Shown here: positions 1 to 7,321 of the stretch, one piece after another
How positions within the stretch are numbered: position 1 is the first letter of the stretch
How the letters are laid out: each line of letters starts with the position of its first letter
From: a virus
DNA length: 64,000 nucleotides
Direction: 5' to 3' (one strand)
IMG/VR virus record: IMGVR_UViG_3300014502_000001
Coordinates: 1 to 64,000 of that record
Notes under the pieces: generated by a model
Database searches by the model: none
Told to the model about the DNA's origin: nothing
What the model saw: only the letters and a program-made list of their open reading frames with translations
Made by a program: the position numbers and the translations under genes

Positions 1-95
1 GCGTCGTTCATCATCTGGTTGAGGGAGTCAAATTGCTGCTCAAGCAGCATAGCGCCCGTATGACGTACACGAGCTGCAAGTTTGTTGTCGCTCAT
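1..95 (-). CDS. Partial CDS (5' end only; MSDNKLAARVRHTGAMLLEQQFDSLNQMMND...), probably the next head gene
   Basis: ATG at 95 overlaps the upstream TGA (ATGA coupling); frame open to the window edge. Confidence 0.6.
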   Translation of the reverse strand, partial: MSDNKLAARVRHTGAMLLEQQFDSLNQMMND

Positions 96-796
96 TGTCC
101 AATCTCCATTAACTGACCTGTAAACGAAGCTGCCAACTCCATACTAGGAGCCAGCTTCTCTCTGTGCCATCTAGAGTGTTCACTCATCTTTCTTCGTGTA
201 TTGGCACTGGGGTGTCTACCATAATTGTGATGCTCCGAGCCCACACACCCTTCCATTTTTGTCCGAAACTCTGAATTCCGCCACTGCCTCTTGGCATTCT
301 CGCTTCGCTTCCTGCGTGTATCAAGAGAAGCGGGAGCTCTGCGTTTTGAGCCTTCACTCATTTTCTTCAGCGTTTCTTGAGAAAGATTTTCTCTCTTGTG
401 TGACTTACTCAAATTCACCCTATGCTCGTCTGAGAAAATCTTCTTTTTGCCAGAAACACTCATCTTCAATCTTGTCTCAGCACTAGGATTCATTATGCCA
501 TCACCGCCGTCGGTAGAATTAGTGAGTCTATAACCTAGCGCCCTATACTTTTTAATCATTGCCATTTCATCAGCATTCCAGATTGCATTGCTTTTCAGCA
601 ATCCAATTCTGACTTCATAGCCACTTTCACAGACAGATCGTATCCAGCGTGCAATGTATGTATCAGCACTTTTCCTTGCACCACTTCTGTGAACAGCTAA
701 TCTCTTTTCCAGAGAACGTTTTGTTTGTCCAATATATCTCATTCCAGAATTACCAGGCTCTGTAGAATAGAGATAATAAACTTTGATCAGACTCAT
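92..796 (-). CDS. GIY-YIG homing endonuclease with NUMOD3-like repeats
   Basis: VYYLY...RYIGQT..LEKRL..H, conserved E and N (LTNSTDGGDG), repeated S.ETR.KMS motifs. Confidence 0.85.
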   Translation of the reverse strand: MSLIKVYYLYSTEPGNSGMRYIGQTKRSLEKRLAVHRSGARKSADTYIARWIRSVCESGYEVRIGLLKSNAIWNADEMAMIKKYRALGYRLTNSTDGGDGIMNPSAETRLKMSVSGKKKIFSDEHRVNLSKSHKRENLSQETLKKMSEGSKRRAPASLDTRRKRSENAKRQWRNSEFRTKMEGCVGSEHHNYGRHPSANTRRKMSEHSRWHREKLAPSMELAASFTGQLMEIGQ

Positions 797-1530
797 TTCT
801 TATTCACGCCGTACTCGGAGAGCTTGGATTCAGCGGTGCGTACAGAGCGCACGCCCGCCCGCGCCGCAAGGCGCTTTATGATAGCCTTGGCTGCAGAATA
901 TGTTTGTGTGCCCTGCACAAAGCGAACCTTTTTGTTGAGCTTGAAAGCCCACTGGCCTGTACCACGTGGCTGGCTGCCGTGGCTGTAAAGATATCTCGTC
1001 GTATCAAAATGAACAGAGCCTTTGGGGATACGATGAAAAGCGCCCTTCTGAGAGCCTGTACCTTTGTCTCGGAGATCCTTACTGGTTCCCCACTTCATGC
1101 CTTGAACGCCGTACTCGTCAATGGACTCTTTCGCCTTCTTCATTTTCTGAACAAGTTTGCCTTGCCTGAATCGTGCAGTGTCTAGCCAATTCTTAGCAGC
1201 TATGAGACGATCAGCACCTTTTCTTGTTTTGGCCACATTGACGTTGCTCAGCGCTCTGTGCTGTAAAAAACTTCTCTCGTGGTCGTTAACACCAAAGGAA
1301 CCACGAGCAGGACTTTTACGCTCGCCCCACTTCATTCCTTGAACGCCGTACTCGGAGATGACCAGATTCTCACCGCTGAGATATCCCTCAGTGCGATAGG
1401 CTGGCACCTTCACGCCACCCTTGATCAGCTTGTCACGCATGCGAGCGTGAAGCTTGTGAAAGTGCTGCACCGCTAGCTTAGCAGACGGGCTGTGCATACC
1501 TGCTACACCGTATTCATTCAAAGTTGTCAT
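793..1530 (-). CDS. Basic polyprotein with four E|YGV(xGMKWG) tags; putative virion internal proteins
   Basis: LNEYGVAGM, ISEYGVQGMKWG, IDEYGVQGMKWG and terminal LSEYGV separate K/R-rich segments. Confidence 0.7.
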   Translation of the reverse strand: MTTLNEYGVAGMHSPSAKLAVQHFHKLHARMRDKLIKGGVKVPAYRTEGYLSGENLVISEYGVQGMKWGERKSPARGSFGVNDHERSFLQHRALSNVNVAKTRKGADRLIAAKNWLDTARFRQGKLVQKMKKAKESIDEYGVQGMKWGTSKDLRDKGTGSQKGAFHRIPKGSVHFDTTRYLYSHGSQPRGTGQWAFKLNKKVRFVQGTQTYSAAKAIIKRLAARAGVRSVRTAESKLSEYGVNKK

Positions 1531-1937
1531 TTGTCCGGATCTCCTGCGCCCGCTTTCTTGGCTCCGGTCGCTTCATTGACAGCCGGAGTAGCAGCAATGG
1601 ATGTGACAGCCGCCGCCACTGCATTGACCATAGCAGGATCGGAAGTTGTTTTAGCAGTGGTCACCACCGCAGCAACTGCGTCCTTTTTCTGATCAGAATC
1701 CGTACGCTCTTTGAAATATCGCTTGGTCAGCATGACGCCCAGTCCAAGAGTCAGCTGAGTTGCGAATGCCAAGAATGGCAGGTTAGGGAACCAGATTATA
1801 AGGATGTACGCAACGAATAGCAGAAGCAAATACAGAAGAATAGCATCGGCAGAAATGATCTCAATGTTGAAAAGTGATCGCTTATACAGGGAGCGAGATC
1901 TCTCATCGGCGATCGGGCCATTTGCCACTACCAGCAC
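1527..1937 (-). CDS. Membrane protein, holin candidate
   Basis: Two hydrophobic helices and a charged tail; near the GH25 endolysin. Confidence 0.45.
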   Translation of the reverse strand: MLVVANGPIADERSRSLYKRSLFNIEIISADAILLYLLLLFVAYILIIWFPNLPFLAFATQLTLGLGVMLTKRYFKERTDSDQKKDAVAAVVTTAKTTSDPAMVNAVAAAVTSIAATPAVNEATGAKKAGAGDPDK

Positions 1938-2027
1938 TCCCAGCCTTTATGTGCTAGTGTGCCGCTCACGCCCCACGAGCAGCCTCGTATAAGAGGGTGC
2001 AGAACCTAATTCATTCTGCTCAAATAA

Positions 2028-2055
2028 ATTATACGCGCAAAAAAACCAATAGCAA
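2028..2055 (-). promoter_or_regulatory. sigma70-like promoter TTGCTA-N16-TATAAT
   Basis: Intergenic, upstream of the holin candidate. Confidence 0.55.
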
Positions 2056-2065
2056 GCCTCTTTTT

Positions 2066-2890
2066 TTATATGACTTTCAAGACTTTCAGGATGAGCACAA
2101 TAACACCTATACCACCCGCCGTTTCCAAGGCTGTTCTCAGTCCTATCCCTGATGTAGATTTTACTATAGCTGCATTATCTTTTTTACACAGTGCAAGGAG
2201 ATCTTTGTAGCTATTCAGGTCGGTGGAAATAAGCAGATTCGACGCCTTCAAATCGCCCTTCTCGCGCTCCAGGGAGTCACGCTGATCAATGGCCAATTTT
2301 TTATCTGTATCACAGTTGGTGTACTTCTGCATCCAGTAGCTAGCGTCTGTGAATACGGACTGAGCCTTTTGCGCCGCCTTTAATGTGAAGCGGAAAAAGT
2401 CTCCAGCCAGCAGCGTCACCTCGCCAGTGCCAACGGTCAGCTCCAGTTGTTTTACCAGCTGCGTGGGAGTCAGCACAGCATTTTTGGCCTGGTCATCTTT
2501 GTGCTGTTTTTCCAGCTTAGCATTGTCAGCGTAAAGCTTCGCACGCTCAGTTTCCAGTTTTACGCGCAGCGCCGTCTCCACAACGGAAGCATGATCGTAC
2601 TGCGCAATCTGGTCGGCATGCTTTTTGTCGGTGAGTTTTTGGGCAGCTTCCTTGGTCTCAAGCTGAGCGCCCAGTGCCACAGCTTCCAGCTTCCAGTAAT
2701 TGCTGCGACAGTTCTGATACCAGAACAACGAGATTGCAAGCAGCCCTGCAGCCAAGAGTATTGTGACTTTGTACTTCTTCAGGAAGTCCAAAATCTTATT
2801 TGTCTTTGTCGGCGTCGTCGGAGGAATCACTGGCGCTGCGGGCGGTACAGGCGCTGGGGTCGTCGGAGGGATCGCTGATGTGCCGTTCAT
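2066..2890 (-). CDS. Membrane-anchored coiled-coil protein (spanin-like candidate)
   Basis: Pro-rich N-terminus, TM helix, long coiled coil, hydrophobic C-terminus. Confidence 0.4.
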   Translation of the reverse strand: MNGTSAIPPTTPAPVPPAAPVIPPTTPTKTNKILDFLKKYKVTILLAAGLLAISLFWYQNCRSNYWKLEAVALGAQLETKEAAQKLTDKKHADQIAQYDHASVVETALRVKLETERAKLYADNAKLEKQHKDDQAKNAVLTPTQLVKQLELTVGTGEVTLLAGDFFRFTLKAAQKAQSVFTDASYWMQKYTNCDTDKKLAIDQRDSLEREKGDLKASNLLISTDLNSYKDLLALCKKDNAAIVKSTSGIGLRTALETAGGIGVIVLILKVLKVI

Positions 2891-3296
2891 TGTCGTCTCC
2901 TTTCGTCTGAGCCCTTTCGCGCTCTAGACGATTGATCTGTTCAAACGTATCAAACCAAGATATGAATCTCAGAGCTCTATCATCAACATACAAAATTGCA
3001 CATGGTTTCATTCCTGTTAAACTATCATATACAAATCCGCAAGCATGCAGATATTCATCAATCCATCTAAAATATTCCGAGACAAGGTCCTCGCGATAGC
3101 TCTCAGGATTTAGCCGTGCTGTGTAAATCACAATGCGCCAGCCCGCGTCACGCAACCGCTGGAGTGAGCTAACAGCGTGATTGATAGGCTTACCCAAGTG
3201 ATTCATGCCTCGCCAGGCATCATATTCCAGCAGGACGCCGTCCATGTCGATTGCAATTGTGCGATCTAATTCCTCAGAAGTCAGCAATTTCCTCAC
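2796..3296 (-). CDS. HAD-family phosphatase
   Basis: IAIDMDGVL motif I, YTAR motif II, KP and YVDDRA motifs III/IV. Confidence 0.8.
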   Translation of the reverse strand: MRKLLTSEELDRTIAIDMDGVLLEYDAWRGMNHLGKPINHAVSSLQRLRDAGWRIVIYTARLNPESYREDLVSEYFRWIDEYLHACGFVYDSLTGMKPCAILYVDDRALRFISWFDTFEQINRLERERAQTKGDDNERHISDPSDDPSACTARSASDSSDDADKDK

Positions 3297-3984
3297 AGAG
3301 AGAACTCCTCTTTAACAGTCCAAAATATTCCTTCCACGATGCTCTATATGAATTCACTTTAGAATTGCAGCCTATGCAGAGCTCTGTTAGATTACCAGGC
3401 CAGTTGTGTTTTTTATTGTAATCTATATGATGAACAGGATGTTTTCTATCACCTTCTTCAGCATTACAAAGCTGACAGATATGACCATCACGATCACGAA
3501 TTTGTGCTTTAAGCCTATTATCAAATTCAGGACCATAAGGAAGACGAGAAATACCACCTAACCAGTTAGAGCTATTAGAGCCGCTTATTTTGGCTATCTG
3601 CTCAGGAGTCAGAGAAAATCTGTTGCCCAGTGCAAACTTATTGCCAATTCTATCTATACTCATTTTATTCTTAATCTGTCTAGCCTTACTGTGGCCATAA
3701 ATTTGCTCATATGTCTTTCCTCTACGCAAAGCTCCTACCGCTTCTCTGGTTCCATCAGAGACGGCATGACCAAGTTTTGCTAGTCTTATTTTCATCTTGG
3801 TGTTTTCACTTGTAACATGACCAAGGCCAGCAGCACTCAGCTTGCTGCGAGTCTCTAGACTGACAATTTTATTCTTCTGAGCTATGCTGGATCTTCTGCG
3901 AGTTTCTGGATTCATCCAGGCTATTCTTGCAGAATCTCCCAGCCTTATTCTGGTATCTTCACTGTGATGACTGCCTTTTCTCAT
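3274..3984 (-). CDS. NUMOD3-HNH homing endonuclease
   Basis: RDGHICQLC...VHHIDYNKKHN...NLTELCIGCN; N-terminal S.ET+.K repeats. Confidence 0.85.
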   Translation of the reverse strand: MRKGSHHSEDTRIRLGDSARIAWMNPETRRRSSIAQKNKIVSLETRSKLSAAGLGHVTSENTKMKIRLAKLGHAVSDGTREAVGALRRGKTYEQIYGHSKARQIKNKMSIDRIGNKFALGNRFSLTPEQIAKISGSNSSNWLGGISRLPYGPEFDNRLKAQIRDRDGHICQLCNAEEGDRKHPVHHIDYNKKHNWPGNLTELCIGCNSKVNSYRASWKEYFGLLKRSSLCEEIADF

Positions 3985-3990
3985 CTGTGT

Positions 3991-4248
3991 TCACTGGTCA
4001 ACATGAGTCTCTCCGACCACGATGATCTTCTCCTTTTTTGCAGGAGTATAGCGCCGCACCATCCAGTGCACATATTTGCCAGCAATAGCCCCAAGCCAAT
4101 CCCAAATGATCTCGAACAACCTGGCAGGCGTTGAGAATATCTTTTCCAGCACCATGAATATCAGAGCAAAAAGGCCCAGCACTATCAGTCCTAATATGGC
4201 CACCAGCAAAATGATGGTGGTAGCAATCTTCCTCATAAATTTTTTCAT
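3991..4248 (-). CDS. Small membrane protein
   Basis: Long hydrophobic N-terminal helix. Confidence 0.55.
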   Translation of the reverse strand: MKKFMRKIATTIILLVAILGLIVLGLFALIFMVLEKIFSTPARLFEIIWDWLGAIAGKYVHWMVRRYTPAKKEKIIVVGETHVDQ

Positions 4249-4259
4249 GCCCTGTCTCC

Positions 4260-4914
4260 TCAGTGTCGATAGCCGTCTAATGGGATGAACAGCATCAAAG
4301 CGTCCAGCTCTCTTAAACTGCGCTGGGCCTCAATGGTCTCCAGCCGCTGCAGGCGAGTCACCATTTCACTGATGCAGTTTGCTATTGTCGATATGTTGTT
4401 GGCCAGAGCCAAGTGTGCCTGGCTGTCTGTCCTGGTGTTAGAAAACAGTGCGCTGGATAAATCAGCAAGGAGTTTTTGTAACTGTCGATATTCATCGTCC
4501 GTCATGGGAATACCTCAGCCCTTTTCCTCGTTCAATTCCTCGCGATGAATTTCTCCCTCGGAGCCCACCACCTCTACCCGCTCAATTTTACTAGCAGGTT
4601 TGTAGATATAGCGGTCACGCCCCTTCACTCGAAATCCCTCCTGAGTAATCTTGTGAGCATAGCGCTTAGCCGTTATGACATCACGCACTGTATATGTGTA
4701 GTCGGTTCCGTCGGTGAAGAATACCTTAACTTGAACGGACATGGGACTGGTCTCCTTTTAGATTATCATCCAGCTCCTGCTGACGCAAAGCAACCATGTT
4801 CTCCAGCTCCTGCCTCGTCAAGCGGAACGCCTTCATCAACTTGTCCCAGCATATGCCATCAGCCCGCGCCTTCATCACGCTGTCTGCAACTAGCCGCGCT
4901 GGTTCTGATAGCAT
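4260..4914 (-). other. Three small hypothetical ORFs (4260-4505, 4515-4742, 4726-4914)
   Basis: Tightly packed, co-oriented ORFs. Confidence 0.55.
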
Positions 4915-4919
4915 GTGTG

Positions 4920-5438
4920 TCAGCCTTCCGTCTGATGCTTAACGACGCGCATCTTGTTTGCCGTCTTTGCGATGCCCATCAACGCATTAAGCTCCACCGG
5001 AGCGTATCTGTGGACATCCACTCCAACGTTGATGGCGAGAACATCCGGCGTTAAAAACTTCCACAGCCACGCCCTGTGGACATGCCCGACAAAGGCCAAA
5101 CCAGGAGCCATTAAATCGACATCATCAGGATTGTGTACAACCTGAATGTTATGGCCTTTGTATCGGAGAGTCAGGCTTGTGATTTTATAGCGGGCTGGAT
5201 TGTCGTGGCTGCCGCGCAAAAAAACATCATAGCCGTTCCATTCCTGGCCATCCAGGAAAAGCTTTTTATTCCACGACAGATCACCCACATGGATACAGCA
5301 ATCCTCTGGCCTAACTAGCCGCGTATAGTTAGACCACAGAACGCGATTCATTTCTTCCACGGTAGCAAACGGACGATGCTCATACGATATGATCTTCTCG
5401 TGATCATAGTGCTCGTCCGCTGTCAGGTAGTGCTTCAT
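4920..5438 (-). CDS. Calcineurin-like metallophosphoesterase
   Basis: ADEH, VGDL, GSHD, H, GHVH motifs; start moved to ATG 5438, which overlaps the endolysin stop. Confidence 0.85.
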   Translation of the reverse strand: MKHYLTADEHYDHEKIISYEHRPFATVEEMNRVLWSNYTRLVRPEDCCIHVGDLSWNKKLFLDGQEWNGYDVFLRGSHDNPARYKITSLTLRYKGHNIQVVHNPDDVDLMAPGLAFVGHVHRAWLWKFLTPDVLAINVGVDVHRYAPVELNALMGIAKTANKMRVVKHQTEG

Positions 5439-6100
5439 GGAATTATGATCTCTGCCTTCGCAAAGTTGACATCCACCATGCCGCGTATGCCGGGAATATT
5501 GGCCTGGTCGCTGTACTGCCAAATTGTCCAGTCGGCCCAGAGACTCGGCAGCATAGCGGGCTCGGCGGAAATGTCTGGCAAGCGAACAGGATACTGGGCC
5601 AGCCAAAGCGGGTGCTCCGACAGCGAGGATCCGGCTGGCAGCACTGCATTCAGAAAGCTCGCGCCGCCGTAAATGTAGATTCTCCGAGGATCCTGATCCA
5701 TGGCGGCAGGGTCTGACTCATCAAAAACAGAAATGAAATCCTTGACCCACTGCTCGTATTCCGCCGCGCCCATGTTCTCAGCGTTGCGCTCCAGGTCCAG
5801 CATCCAGCCTAGCTTGCTAGGCGGCAACACGTCCAGCGCAGCCTTGAACGCCCGCGCCTCGCCCTCGGCGTCACCAGCCTTGTGCTGTGGATAGGCAAAA
5901 TGATAATACCCAAACGGAAGACCCATATCACCTGCACCAAGAGCGTTAGTCTCGGCACGGTGGTCGATGACGGTTGCGCCTTCGGTACACTTGATGAAAG
6001 CAAATTTCACCTGGCCGTCGATGGCCACCGCGTCCCAGTTGATATTGCCTTGCGCGTACGAAACATCAATACCGACGATTCTGTCGCTCATGTGATTCAC
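5435..6100 (-). CDS. GH25 muramidase (endolysin)
   Basis: GIDVSYAQG, KCTEG, GYYHF, LDLE, LWLAQY, WQYS, VDVN. Confidence 0.92.
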   Translation of the reverse strand: MNHMSDRIVGIDVSYAQGNINWDAVAIDGQVKFAFIKCTEGATVIDHRAETNALGAGDMGLPFGYYHFAYPQHKAGDAEGEARAFKAALDVLPPSKLGWMLDLERNAENMGAAEYEQWVKDFISVFDESDPAAMDQDPRRIYIYGGASFLNAVLPAGSSLSEHPLWLAQYPVRLPDISAEPAMLPSLWADWTIWQYSDQANIPGIRGMVDVNFAKAEIIIP

Positions 6101-6438
6101 TCCACCAGCAAAGGCTCAATGACCTTTACGCTGAGAATACGACTTCCAGACGAAAACTGCTCCCTGACATATTTCTGGGCTGTGCTCATAAGCCAGACCA
6201 GATTGTTGTCCATGGAATCGACACTCCGGACCAGAGGCTCGTTCCTTCCTACCCTGATTTGCACAGTCAACGGCGCAGCAGCCACAGTGTTCACAGCCAT
6301 AGGCTCAGGTACAGTACCAGCATGGACATTGGGCTGCAAAGAATCTGGACGGAATAAAGTTTTATCTCCGTCGACAAATGGGACTAATGCCACAATTTCT
6401 ATGGTCTTCATTTTGATTCTCGCATGATCTCGCGCCAC
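6097..6438 (-). CDS. Hypothetical protein (start may be ATG 6411)
   Basis: ORF coupled to the endolysin start. Confidence 0.55.
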   Translation of the reverse strand: MARDHARIKMKTIEIVALVPFVDGDKTLFRPDSLQPNVHAGTVPEPMAVNTVAAAPLTVQIRVGRNEPLVRSVDSMDNNLVWLMSTAQKYVREQFSSGSRILSVKVIEPLLVE

Positions 6439-6473
6439 ACGAGCCGGAGCTCACGCCGCGTGCGCCAGCGAAC

Positions 6474-6507
6474 CCACCACCCTCTGATGCGGATCAGAGG
6501 GTGGTGG
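6474..6507. repeat. Perfect 15-bp inverted repeat (hairpin)
   Basis: CCACCACCCTCTGAT-gcgg-ATCAGAGGGTGGTGG, intergenic. Confidence 0.85.
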
Positions 6508-6549
6508 CCTATGGTCGCGACGCCGATAGGCTTTGGTTTGCCGCTCATG

Positions 6550-7286
6550 TCACTTGCCGGAGAAATGCTTGTTATACGCCCGCACCGCCGCCGTCAGCTT
6601 CTTGTGCCAGTCTTCGCTGGGAATCTCGAAGTGGGCGTGGTCCTCTTCCTTGCGGTCACCGCGCACGTACAGACCATCGCGGTGGATCATGGTGGACGGC
6701 CCGTGGGAAGACCGCAGCAGGAATTCTTCGTGAAGGAAGTCGCAGCCAGGCATGGAGCCGTCATCGGCCGCACGGCCGAAATTCTCGCAGGTTTTGGTCT
6801 GCTCTTCCACCTTGCCATACCGCTCGCCGTTCTCGCTGGTCCGAACTCGAATCGTCAAGTGTTTCATTCTCATCACTCCTGTCTTTTTATTCATCACGGT
6901 ATGTCACAACCGCTGATGTCCAGATCTACCTTTCCAACATCCACGTCCACATTACACTGCTCGGCAACTGCGCGCTTCATACCGTTGAAGGCGTAATCTA
7001 TGATCACGTCCGATGGATCAAAACCCAAGTCCTTCATGCTGCACAAAGCGCTCAGCGACCAGGTCTGCTTGAGCTTATGGGTGTCCTTACAGCCCGCGCA
7101 CTTATAGGTGCTAATGACAATAGCAGCATCAGACTTTTGGTTTTTAATCATCCGATGCAGCTCCTTTATAGTTGTGGAGCGCTGAGGGAGCTCAGACACT
7201 GGGTGGAAAGTCAACCAAAAGAGCCCAGCATCCCAGGCCGGGAGTACAGCCTGTTTCAGTCTTGCCTCAGCGCTCCGTGTTATCAT
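6550..7286 (-). other. Two hypothetical ORFs (6550-6897, 6894-7286)
   Basis: Coupled ORFs downstream of their own promoter. Confidence 0.55.
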
Positions 7287-7292
7287 GATTTT

Positions 7293-7321
7293 ATTATACT
7301 GTTATCCATCCCTGATATCAA
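7293..7321 (-). promoter_or_regulatory. sigma70-like promoter TTGATA-N17-TATAAT, leaderless start
   Basis: -10 box 6 nt upstream of ATG 7286, no SD. Confidence 0.6.

Noticed and set aside
3060-3078. 18/19-nt match (EYFRWI) between the HAD gene and the end of the HNH gene at 44341-44359
   Set aside because: Short and AT-rich; plausible by chance in 64 kb
5439-5606. Long N-terminal extensions in track ORFs (4920-5606, 41749-42300, 43061-44347, 51298-51954)
   Set aside because: They overlap upstream genes; internal coupled ATGs give better starts
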